Shown one piece after another: positions 47,539-56,412 of a stretch of DNA of 64,000 nt. The notes below the pieces were generated by a model. It did not search any database. It was not told the origin of the DNA and saw only the letters and a program-made list of their open reading frames with translations. The DNA comes from a virus, in IMG/VR virus record IMGVR_UViG_3300027749_000040, positions 96,001-160,000 of that record; one strand, written 5' to 3'. Made by a program: the position numbers and the translations under genes. How positions within the stretch are numbered: the stretch's first letter is position 1; every line of letters begins with the position of its first letter.

Positions 47539-47975
47539 TGAAGAATATTGATTTAAACAAATACAAAGATTTTGTAGAGGCTGTTACTAGCAAAGCAAGT
47601 AATGACTTGACTACATTCATGAACCGACTTGATGAAGTCGATGGGAACTTTAATTCAGCAACGGACACACATGGCCCTGATGTTAATCTACCACTATTAC
47701 TAACAGCATGTCTTGGATTGGCAGCTGAAGCAGGTGAGTTCATTGAAGTGCCCAAAAAAATTATTTTTCAGGGTAAACCATTGACTGATGAAAATGTCTT
47801 TCACATGAAGCGTGAATTAGGTGATGTTATCTGGTACTGGATAAATGCATGTAGGGCATTGAATCTTGACCCCAATGAAGTCATTGACGAAAATGTTCGT
47901 AAATTAGAAAGTCGCTATCCCGGTGGTAGTTTTGATGCTCATTACAGCGAGAATCGCCAAGCCGGAGATATCTAA
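47538..47975 (+). CDS. mazG: MazG-like nucleotide pyrophosphohydrolase
   Basis: GLAAEAGEF, KRELGDVIWY, NVRKLESRYP. Confidence 0.9.
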   Translation: MKNIDLNKYKDFVEAVTSKASNDLTTFMNRLDEVDGNFNSATDTHGPDVNLPLLLTACLGLAAEAGEFIEVPKKIIFQGKPLTDENVFHMKRELGDVIWYWINACRALNLDPNEVIDENVRKLESRYPGGSFDAHYSENRQAGDI

Positions 47976-47983
47976 TACAGTGT

Positions 47984-48012
47984 GTTACCTGATAAATACA
48001 ATATCAGGTAAC
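47984..48012 (+). promoter_or_regulatory. Late promoter GATAAATA (47991-47998) inside an 11-bp hairpin covering the SD
   Basis: GTTACCTGATA / TATCAGGTAAC. Confidence 0.75.
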
Positions 48013-48016
48013 CAAT

Positions 48017-48817
48017 ATGACTATTCCAATTATAACGCCAAACATTCTTTCAACTCCCAATGGCATGACACTATCGGAGTTGAAACAAGCTCTATTTAAT
48101 AATTTACGATATCGTTTGGGTGACGGTATTATTGACTTAGAATTAGATCCGCAACACTACGAAGCGGCATATAACTATACAATTAAATTATATCGTCAAA
48201 GGGCGCAAAATTCCACCGCAGAAGCATACGTTTTAATGACTACCATTAAAAATGTTGACACATATACATTACCACAAGAATTTATCAACGTTAGATGTTT
48301 GTACAGACGTACAGTTGGATTAGATACTGGACCTGGCTCTAGCAGTTTTGATCCATTTAGTAGTGCTATTCTAAACACTTACCTATTAAACTATAACAAT
48401 GCAGGCGGTATGGCAACTTATGACTTTTATGCAGGTTATGTTGAATTAGCCGCACGTATGTTTGGTGGCTATGTAGTATACACATTTGATCCTGTTACTA
48501 AAGTTTTGCGTATTGTGCGTGACCCTAAAGCATCGGGAGAACGTATCCTAGTTTGGGCAGATGTACAACGTACAGAAGAAGTATTGTTGCAAGACCCGGG
48601 CGCAGGTGTTTGGATCGGCGATTATATACTTGCCGTACTAAAGGGGATAATTGGTGAGGCACGTGAGAAGTTTGGAACGATTGCTGGCCCCGGTGGTGGA
48701 ACAACATTGAATGGAACCGCTATGAAAGCAGAATCAAAAGCGGCACAAGAAGCCCTCATTGATGAATTGAAACGCTATGTAGATTATAGTCAACCATTGA
48801 CATGGATTCAAGGTTAA
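48017..48817 (+). CDS. Neck/adaptor protein (T4 gp13-like)
   Basis: RLGDGIIDLELD, WIGDY.LA..K..IGEAREKF...PGG.TTLNG. Confidence 0.85.
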   Translation: MTIPIITPNILSTPNGMTLSELKQALFNNLRYRLGDGIIDLELDPQHYEAAYNYTIKLYRQRAQNSTAEAYVLMTTIKNVDTYTLPQEFINVRCLYRRTVGLDTGPGSSSFDPFSSAILNTYLLNYNNAGGMATYDFYAGYVELAARMFGGYVVYTFDPVTKVLRIVRDPKASGERILVWADVQRTEEVLLQDPGAGVWIGDYILAVLKGIIGEAREKFGTIAGPGGGTTLNGTAMKAESKAAQEALIDELKRYVDYSQPLTWIQG

Positions 48818-48882
48818 CCTAAAACTCTTTACTTTACAACTCTCCTGTCATATACTATGTATCTGATAGGAGTTTTTCTTTT

Positions 48883-49515
48883 ATGATTATAGGTATCACC
48901 GGTTTCATTGGTTCGGGTAAAGACACGATTGCAGACTATCTCTGCACATTTCATGGATTCAAACGATTAAGTTTTGCAGCCAGTCTTAAAGATGCTGTAT
49001 CAAGTGTCTTTGGTTGGAACAGAGAATATTTAGAAGGTTCTACTAAAGCTAGTAGAGAGTGGCGAGAACAAAAAGATGTGTGGTGGAGTGAACGACTTGG
49101 TATGGAAATTACCCCTCGTTGGATACTACAATACTGGGGAACTGAAGTTTGTCGTAACGGCTTTCACAGTGATATCTGGGTCGCTAGCGTAGAGAACAAA
49201 TTACGCCAAGCCAGTGACAACATAGTCATCACTGATTGTCGTTTTGCTAATGAAGTTATTGCTATCAAATCAGCAGGTGGCACTACAATGCGAGTTAGTC
49301 GAGGTCAACCACCTAATTGGTATGATGCCGCAGTTGAATTTAACAAGGGGTCAAACAACAATATGTACTGGGCCACTAGCAAAGCTAAACTAGATAGAAA
49401 TCGTGTTCATGCAAGTGAGTATTCTAGTGTTGGATTAGACTACGACCACTATATTGACAATAATGGTACTATTGATGAGTTACATAAACAAATAAACTCA
49501 GTGGTCAACTTCTAA
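48883..49515 (+). CDS. Deoxynucleoside monophosphate kinase (T4 gp1-like)
   Basis: GFIGSGKDT, FAASLKD, TPRWILQYWGTE, ITDCRFANE, HASE; upstream TTTACT-17-TATACT. Confidence 0.92.
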   Translation: MIIGITGFIGSGKDTIADYLCTFHGFKRLSFAASLKDAVSSVFGWNREYLEGSTKASREWREQKDVWWSERLGMEITPRWILQYWGTEVCRNGFHSDIWVASVENKLRQASDNIVITDCRFANEVIAIKSAGGTTMRVSRGQPPNWYDAAVEFNKGSNNNMYWATSKAKLDRNRVHASEYSSVGLDYDHYIDNNGTIDELHKQINSVVNF

Positions 49516-49845
49516 ATCTCCCCTACGCCAAGTTATCTCTTTACGTTTAACAACTTCAATACAGCACAAACAAACAGTTCGTAAATTAATAAGAGTAATA
49601 TTCTCTAAATTACCATCAATGTGATATACTGTCATTTGTGATGGGAACAAACTTTTAAAACCACATAAATCACATGTGATTTTTTTCTTATAACCACTTT
49701 TAGTCCAATTAGCTTTTCTAGGCTTTAACTTCTTTTTTTTCCTTCCACATTCATCACATCCACTGCGATAGTGTGTAACACCCTCACGGATATAATTTAC
49801 TGCACAGTGATTCTTTCCGCATGTATTACATATAGGTCTTAACAT
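49498..49845 (-). CDS. Zn-finger/HNH-like protein
   Basis: CxxC pairs and YHIDGN..N....NLRTVCLCC; GCTAAATA on minus strand 49850-49857 supports ATG 49845. Confidence 0.65.
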   Translation of the reverse strand: MLRPICNTCGKNHCAVNYIREGVTHYRSGCDECGRKKKKLKPRKANWTKSGYKKKITCDLCGFKSLFPSQMTVYHIDGNLENITLINLRTVCLCCIEVVKRKEITWRRGDLEVDH

Positions 49846-49964
49846 GATGTATTTAGCAAGAACCTTCGAAGGCACGGTAATACCGTCTTTTTTAAATTTT
49901 CTACTAAATAATAGTATGCATTTTAGGTAGTAAACCTCATAATTTTACATAAAGGAAAAACAAA

Positions 49965-52900
49965 ATGGCACTAGTATCCCCAGGCGTAGAAGTAACGATC
50001 ACAGACCAAAGTCAATATCTTCCAGCCCCAACAAATTCAGTCCCGCTGGTTCTATTAGCAACTGCTCAAAACAAAGCAAACGCTAGTGGTACAGGGGTTG
50101 CGGCAGCAACTACGGCTGCAAACGCTAATAAATTATATCAAGTAACAAGTCAACGTGACCTTGTAAACTTATATGGTACTCCGTTCTTCTACACAACGAC
50201 AAATGGCACACCTATTCAAGGTTATGAACTCAACGAATACGGTTTATTGGCTGCGTACTCATTATTGGGTGTAACTAATCGTTGCTACGTTTTACGTTGT
50301 GACATCGACCTAGCTAGCTTAGTTGGTCAAACAAGTCGCCCAACAGGCGCGCCTGATAACGGCACATACTGGTTAGACACTACTACTAGTACTTGGGGTA
50401 TCTATGAATTTAATGCTACTACTGGTCAGTTTGAATTAGTAAATCCTATTGTTATTTCAGACTCAGCATCATTGAGTGGTGGCGTGCCATTAAACAGTAT
50501 TGGTAATATTGGAGATTATGCTGTTAACGCATTAGAATCCACGACTTCACCATCTAATCCTTCAGGAAAAACTTTCTTTTATAAAACATCCAATAATATT
50601 TGGGGTACCGTAGGTGGCAGCACTTGGAGAAGTGATGTTCCTACTGTTCAAGGTTCTACATCTAACCCTACATTGAGTGCTACAAGTAACTTTACAATGG
50701 ATGTAAGCGGGCTTTATACTATTACTGTTAGCGTTACTGGTACAACTGTGGCAAATGTTGCAACTGCAATTAACAACATTAATACTCCGGTTGTAACTGC
50801 TAGAGTGGTTAGCGGTAAATTACAAATTATATCAAATCAAATAGTTGCGCCAGGAGCAGTTGCTTATATTACTCTTACTGACGGAAGTAACACTCCATTA
50901 GCATTATGTGGAATTACTCCAGGAACATATAATCAAGCTATTGTTGCGTATGGTACTTCTGCTCAAATGCCATTGTGGTCTAGTTCGCAAACCACTCCAA
51001 GACCAACTGGTTCTGTGTGGATAAAGATTGGAACTTCAGGTAACGGTTTGTACCCTAGCATATCTCAATGGAAAACTGCTACTGCAAGTTGGGTAGCAAA
51101 AAATGTAAGTCAAGCTAATTCTGACTGGGCAGTGACTGCACCACTCGACTCAACCGGCGGAGCCCTAATCCCAGCTGGTACAATTTATGGTCAATATAAC
51201 TTCAATGGCACATTGTCATCTGCCCCTTATTATCTATGGGAAAGAATTTCTACAGGTGCAACAATAATAACAGGTGATAACACAAGTCCTGTATTTAATA
51301 GTACGAATTGTGTTGGGGTAGGTCCATATACTTTGTATGTATCAGTTAGTGTTCCTGGAAGCACAAGCTTATCAACTGGATATGTAGTAACTATTCCCAA
51401 CGGTGCAAATGCTACGGGCTTTGTAACAGCATGGTCAGCATCCGGTGCACCATACACGATAGCCAGTGTATCAGCAGACGGTGCAATAACGTTAACTCAC
51501 ACAGAAGGTGGTGAAATAATTTTAAGTGATGTTGTATCTAATGTCAGTAATGGAGTTATTGCAGAAGCAGGATTTACAATTGGAACAACTTCCGGCGTTA
51601 AATATGGTCCTAACAAAATATTTGGTTGGAGTAATGTAGCATGTACCGGTGGCAGTGGTACAGGAGCTACCTTTAATATTAACTCAAGATTTGGTGCTTA
51701 TTACTTAGGGGTGAGTAGTGGAATTTATACAGGTGGTACCGGGTACGCAGTGGGTAATATTATTACTATATCGGGAACTGTTTTGAATGGCACCAGCCCT
51801 GCTAATGATTTACAATTGGTAGTTACTAAAATTGGGGGCGGAGGTACTGCTATTACCGGCGTATCTTATTATTCAGGTGCATCTATTAATAGTTTTGATA
51901 CTCAATTAAGTAACTGGGTAGAATTTACATATACAAGTAATGAGGGCGCGCCGGTCGCAGATCCTGCTAACAACACAAATTGGTTCTACTCTGTTATTGA
52001 TGAAGTAGATATCATGGTTCAAAAAGCTGGCACTTGGGTAGGATATCGCACAACAGCATATGATAGTAACGGCCACCCATCAACAACCGGTAGCCCTGCA
52101 ACTGACCCAAATGGTCCTATCATAGCGGCAACTGCGCCAACAGTTCAAAGTGATGGAACTGCATTGGTATATGGTGATTTATGGGTTGACACAGGCGATT
52201 TAGAATTATATCCAATCATTTATCGTTGGCAAGAGATTAGTGGGATCGATCAGTGGGTGTTATTAGACACCACTGACCAAACAAGTCAAAACGGTGTTCT
52301 ATTCCAAGATGCACGTTGGTCTAGTTCTGGTGCAATTAGCCCAGTTGATGATCCTATTCCAACAATCAAGTCGTTGTTATCAAGCAATTATGTTGATTTG
52401 GATGTACCAACAGCAACATTATATCCACAAGGTATGTTGTTGTTTAACACACGCCGATCTGGTTATAATGTAAAACAATTTAGAACAAACTATTTTACAA
52501 GTGCAAATTATCCTAATGCAGGTGCATATAATCCGGCTGCACCAACTAACGTTGATAACTTACCTGAATTCAGTTATACCTGGGTATCAGTAAGTGGGAA
52601 CAACACTAAGGGCGTAGCATACATGGGTCGTAACGCACAACGTGCTATGGTTGTACAGGCATTACGTGCTTCTATTGACACTAACACTGCAATCCGTGAC
52701 GAAGATAATTATTTCAATTTGATGGCTACTCCTAATTATCCAGAACTACAACCTAACATGGTTGTGTTAAACAACGATAGAGGAGAGACAGGTTATATAA
52801 TTGGTGATACTCCGTTGGGATTAGCTGATAGTGCAACTGACATTCAAGCTTGGGCTAACAATGATGCTGGCGCCGCAAGTACAGGAGAAGCTGGTTTAGT

Positions 52901-53570
52901 CACACGCAATACTTACTTGGGTCTATTCTATCCAAGCGGAATTACAAATGACTTAAGTGGAAATCAAGTAGTTGTACCGTCATCACATATGATGTTGCGT
53001 ACATTCTTACGTAATGATACAGTGGCTTATCCTTGGTTAGCCCCAGCTGGTACTCGCCGTGGTAATATTGACAATGCCTTGAACATTGGTTATTTGAATC
53101 GCACAACAGGTGAGTTTCAACCAATTAAGACACGTATTGGTATCCGTGATGTACTATACATTAACCAAATTAACCCAATGGTATTCTTCACTGGCGTTGG
53201 CTTACTAAACTATGGTAACAAGAACAGCTATGATAGTTCAAGTGCATTAGATAGAATTAACGTTGCACGTTTGATTAACTATGTACGCCGTCAGTTGACT
53301 ATTGCGGCTCGTCCGTTCGTATTCGAACCTAACGATCAATTAACACGCAATCAGATTGCAGGTGTTGTACAAACATTGTTGGTTGATTTAGTTGCTAAAC
53401 GTGGTCTATATGACTATTTGGTAATTTGTGACGACAGTAACAATACACCGGCTCGTATAGATAGAAGTGAATTATGGATTGATGTTGCAATTGAACCAGT
53501 TAAGGCTGCTGAATTCATCTATATCCCGGTTCGTATTTTAAACACAGGTGAGATAGCAGGTAACGTATAA
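49965..53570 (+). CDS. Tail sheath protein (T4 gp18-like) with large insertions
   Basis: LVSPGVEV, PWLAPAGTRRG, INPMV, DRINVARL, FEPND, NNTPARID, PVKAAEFIYI; ACTAAATA 49903-49910. Confidence 0.95.
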   Translation: MALVSPGVEVTITDQSQYLPAPTNSVPLVLLATAQNKANASGTGVAAATTAANANKLYQVTSQRDLVNLYGTPFFYTTTNGTPIQGYELNEYGLLAAYSLLGVTNRCYVLRCDIDLASLVGQTSRPTGAPDNGTYWLDTTTSTWGIYEFNATTGQFELVNPIVISDSASLSGGVPLNSIGNIGDYAVNALESTTSPSNPSGKTFFYKTSNNIWGTVGGSTWRSDVPTVQGSTSNPTLSATSNFTMDVSGLYTITVSVTGTTVANVATAINNINTPVVTARVVSGKLQIISNQIVAPGAVAYITLTDGSNTPLALCGITPGTYNQAIVAYGTSAQMPLWSSSQTTPRPTGSVWIKIGTSGNGLYPSISQWKTATASWVAKNVSQANSDWAVTAPLDSTGGALIPAGTIYGQYNFNGTLSSAPYYLWERISTGATIITGDNTSPVFNSTNCVGVGPYTLYVSVSVPGSTSLSTGYVVTIPNGANATGFVTAWSASGAPYTIASVSADGAITLTHTEGGEIILSDVVSNVSNGVIAEAGFTIGTTSGVKYGPNKIFGWSNVACTGGSGTGATFNINSRFGAYYLGVSSGIYTGGTGYAVGNIITISGTVLNGTSPANDLQLVVTKIGGGGTAITGVSYYSGASINSFDTQLSNWVEFTYTSNEGAPVADPANNTNWFYSVIDEVDIMVQKAGTWVGYRTTAYDSNGHPSTTGSPATDPNGPIIAATAPTVQSDGTALVYGDLWVDTGDLELYPIIYRWQEISGIDQWVLLDTTDQTSQNGVLFQDARWSSSGAISPVDDPIPTIKSLLSSNYVDLDVPTATLYPQGMLLFNTRRSGYNVKQFRTNYFTSANYPNAGAYNPAAPTNVDNLPEFSYTWVSVSGNNTKGVAYMGRNAQRAMVVQALRASIDTNTAIRDEDNYFNLMATPNYPELQPNMVVLNNDRGETGYIIGDTPLGLADSATDIQAWANNDAGAASTGEAGLVTRNTYLGLFYPSGITNDLSGNQVVVPSSHMMLRTFLRNDTVAYPWLAPAGTRRGNIDNALNIGYLNRTTGEFQPIKTRIGIRDVLYINQINPMVFFTGVGLLNYGNKNSYDSSSALDRINVARLINYVRRQLTIAARPFVFEPNDQLTRNQIAGVVQTLLVDLVAKRGLYDYLVICDDSNNTPARIDRSELWIDVAIEPVKAAEFIYIPVRILNTGEIAGNV

Positions 53571-53571
53571 A

Positions 53572-53593
53572 TGATACCCCGAAAGGGGTATCA
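53572..53593 (+). terminator. GNRA-capped hairpin between sheath and tube (terminator or mRNA stabiliser; no T-run)
   Basis: TGATACCCC-GAAA-GGGGTATCA; GATAAATA follows at 53602-53609. Confidence 0.6.
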
Positions 53594-53629
53594 ATATTAA
53601 AGATAAATAAGTATACAGGAGATTAAAAA

Positions 53630-54265
53630 ATGGCAACAGCCTCACAATCATTGTTCAACATGACCGTAGCTAGCGATAATGCCGGTGGTAACCAAGGCCT
53701 GTTGATGCCCAAATTACAATACCGTTTCAGAGTTAACTTTCTGAATTTTGGTGTTGGTCAAACTATTGAATTAACTAAACAAGTTGTAGACATCACACGT
53801 CCTCAAGTTAGTTTTGGTGAAATTACAATACCAATTTACAATTCAACATTGTATCTTGCTGGTCGTCATGAATGGCAAGCATTAACAGTTAACGTTAGAG
53901 ATGACGCACAGGGTCAAGTATCTAAGTTAGTTGGACAGCAATTACAGAAACAATTAGACTTTGTTGAGCAGGCATCTGCGGCAACTGGTCAAGACTATAA
54001 GTTCCAAACAAATATTGAAGTACTAGACGGTGGTAACGGTACAGCCGCACCAATAGTATTAGAAACTTGGGAATGCTATGGTTGCTTCTTGCAACAAGCA
54101 AACTATAATAACTTAAACTATGGTACAAACGAAGTAGTACAAATTGCTATGACAATCAGATATGATAATGCAGTTCAGTCACCATTAACTTCAGGTGTTG
54201 GTACAAACATCGGTCGTGTATTAGGTGGTTCAATCGTAACTGGTATCGGTTCTGGTCAAGCTTAA
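53630..54265 (+). CDS. Tail tube protein (T4 gp19-like)
   Basis: Follows the sheath gene; PKLQYRFRV, YLAGRHEW, ETWECYGCF, IRYDNA. Confidence 0.88.
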   Translation: MATASQSLFNMTVASDNAGGNQGLLMPKLQYRFRVNFLNFGVGQTIELTKQVVDITRPQVSFGEITIPIYNSTLYLAGRHEWQALTVNVRDDAQGQVSKLVGQQLQKQLDFVEQASAATGQDYKFQTNIEVLDGGNGTAAPIVLETWECYGCFLQQANYNNLNYGTNEVVQIAMTIRYDNAVQSPLTSGVGTNIGRVLGGSIVTGIGSGQA

Positions 54266-54270
54266 TAGTA
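54213..54270 (+). repeat. 58-bp direct repeat, copy 1 (3' end of tube gene)
   Basis: 56/58 identical to 55524-55581. Confidence 0.95.
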
Positions 54271-54286
54271 ACATTTGAGTTATTAA

Positions 54287-55576
54287 ATGAGTGGATTTTT
54301 TCAAAATCTCTTAACAGATACTGCCAAAGGATTCTTCGGCAACGATTATGTAAGAGATTACACTCATGCCGCAAAAACATTTAGGACTAACTCTTACCAG
54401 TACGCTCCTAAATTAAAGTTCTTATTTCACGTATACTTTGAAATAAACCCTGCTGTCTATGCTAAAGGTATAGCGCAGGGTGCCAATTTTGGCTTGACTG
54501 TAAAGACAATCGATTTACCTAAGTATACAATTGATACAGCTACATTAAATCAGTATAATAGAAAACGACTAGTTCAGACTAAAATTAAATATCAACCTAT
54601 AAATATTGCATTTCATGATGATAGGGGTAACTTAGTAAATGACATGTGGTATAACTACTACACATATTATTTTAAAGATGCAGATAAACCAGTTACATCT
54701 ACTTCAGGTAGACAAACTACCAATGGTAACAATACTGGTTCAATAAATTTCAATAGAAGAAATTTATATGATGGTGATATTTCCGGAGATGAAGACTGGG
54801 GTTACATTGGTGAAACTAGTCAACAATCAGGTACAACTAGTCAATCAAATCAAGGCATAAGTAAGATTCCATTCTTTAAGAGTATTCAAATTTATGGAAT
54901 AAATCAACATAATTTTATGCAATATACTTTAATTAATCCTGTTATTACTGCATTCAACCATGATACATATGATTATGCCCAAGGCAATGGCACAATGGCA
55001 AACACAATGACTATTGATTATGAAACAGTAAAATATGCCGAAGGCGCTATTGACGGTCGTTCACCTAGTAATATAGTTACTGGATTTGGTATAGAAACAA
55101 ACTATGATAGAACACCTAGTCCTATCAACAGACTTGGTTCTAATTCTAGTATCTTGGGACAAGGTGGCTTAGTAGATGCCGCCGGCGGATTTATCAATGA
55201 TTTATCAAATGGCAATATATTAGGTGCTATTCGTACAGCAGGCACAACATATAATACATTTAAAAATAAGAATTTAAAACAAGTAGCTGTGCAAGACTTG
55301 AATTCATTATTAGCAACAACAGTACAACAACAGTTGCCCGGAGCAGTAAGAACTAATACATACTATCCCGGTTATGGATCAAGCCCTAACAACACCGCAG
55401 GAGCACCTAATTTAGGATTAGGCGCGCCGGCGCAAATTATATCTACAGGTAATACTACCGGTACTGGTATCAATAACAGTGTGCCGAACGCGGGTGTACA
55501 AACTACACCCGGGCAAAATATTAGTCGTGTATTAGGTGGCTCAATTGTAACTGGTATCGGTTCTGGTCAAGCTTAA
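54287..55576 (+). CDS. Tube-fold baseplate/tail-initiator protein (gp48/gp54-like)
   Basis: PKLKFLFHVYF, IDLPKY, FHDD, MTIDYE echo the tube fold. Confidence 0.6.
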   Translation: MSGFFQNLLTDTAKGFFGNDYVRDYTHAAKTFRTNSYQYAPKLKFLFHVYFEINPAVYAKGIAQGANFGLTVKTIDLPKYTIDTATLNQYNRKRLVQTKIKYQPINIAFHDDRGNLVNDMWYNYYTYYFKDADKPVTSTSGRQTTNGNNTGSINFNRRNLYDGDISGDEDWGYIGETSQQSGTTSQSNQGISKIPFFKSIQIYGINQHNFMQYTLINPVITAFNHDTYDYAQGNGTMANTMTIDYETVKYAEGAIDGRSPSNIVTGFGIETNYDRTPSPINRLGSNSSILGQGGLVDAAGGFINDLSNGNILGAIRTAGTTYNTFKNKNLKQVAVQDLNSLLATTVQQQLPGAVRTNTYYPGYGSSPNNTAGAPNLGLGAPAQIISTGNTTGTGINNSVPNAGVQTTPGQNISRVLGGSIVTGIGSGQA

Positions 55577-55581
55577 TAGTA
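55524..55581 (+). repeat. 58-bp direct repeat, copy 2
   Basis: Encodes RVLGGSIVTGIGSGQA* as in the tube gene. Confidence 0.95.
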
Positions 55582-55603
55582 TAAATACTCTACGGAGATT
55601 TAT

Positions 55604-55963
55604 ATGGCACAAATTATCGATTCACGATCACAATTAGACCAAACAGTTAAAATTTTTGATGAATTCTATGGATTCAACTTAATTATCAATTCCAGCGAGT
55701 ATGATATTGTATTTTCATACTTTAAAAGTACATGTGATTCAGTACAAATAGCAGGTAACTTTACAGTATATTTGTTTAGAATATCGCAAGAAACACAAAT
55801 CCCTGTACTAGAGTTATTAAGTTATATTCAAGGTAAAACACAACTTGAAACTAACACAGTCATTGCTTATTATTTAAACAGTTTTAAAAGTAAAACTGCA
55901 ATCTATGGTTTTGGTACTGTGCCCCAACCCAATGAATCAGTTGCTAGAAACATTGTATTGTAA
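55604..55963 (+). CDS. Late hypothetical protein
   Basis: TATAAATA 55580-55587, GGAG SD. Confidence 0.7.
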   Translation: MAQIIDSRSQLDQTVKIFDEFYGFNLIINSSEYDIVFSYFKSTCDSVQIAGNFTVYLFRISQETQIPVLELLSYIQGKTQLETNTVIAYYLNSFKSKTAIYGFGTVPQPNESVARNIVL

Positions 55964-56400
55964 TGGCAAAGTATGCACAGGGGTCGTTTACTCCTAAAAA
56001 TCCTCAAAAATATGTAGGTAAACATACTCCTAGATATCGTAGTGGTTGGGAACTTACATTTATGAATTTCTGTGATAACAACAACAGTGTGTTGTATTGG
56101 GCTAGTGAAGCAATAAGTATACCATATCGTAATCCTTTTACAGGACAAGCAAAGAATTACATACCTGACTTTTTTGTAGTTTATCAAAACAAGTTTGGCA
56201 AGCAAATAGCAGAAGTAGTTGAGATTAAGCCTAAGAAACAAAGCATCATTGAGAGTAAAGTTGCCAATGCCAAAGACAAAATGGTAGTAGCAATAAATCA
56301 TGCTAAGTGGCATTCTGCAATGGCATATTGTAAAAGTCAGGGCTATACCTTTAGGGTAATAACTGAAGATGACCTTTTCTACAACGGTAAAAGAAAGTAA
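55963..56400 (+). CDS. Head completion nuclease (T4 gp4-like, TnsA fold)
   Basis: PKNPQKYVG, YRSGWE, WASE, YIPDF, EIKP, AKW, ITEDD. Confidence 0.9.
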   Translation: MAKYAQGSFTPKNPQKYVGKHTPRYRSGWELTFMNFCDNNNSVLYWASEAISIPYRNPFTGQAKNYIPDFFVVYQNKFGKQIAEVVEIKPKKQSIIESKVANAKDKMVVAINHAKWHSAMAYCKSQGYTFRVITEDDLFYNGKRK

Positions 56401-56412
56401 ATAAATACTTTT

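Noticed and set aside
49498-49845. Mobile homing endonuclease or intron
   Set aside because: Free-standing, HNH motif looks degenerate, and no interrupted host gene is seen
54213-55581. DGR template/variable repeat pair
   Set aside because: Differences are synonymous C/T rather than adenine-specific, and no reverse transcriptase is in the window
55963-56400. Tn7 TnsA transposase
   Set aside because: Matches T4 gp4 head-completion motifs in a morphogenesis context; no other tns genes
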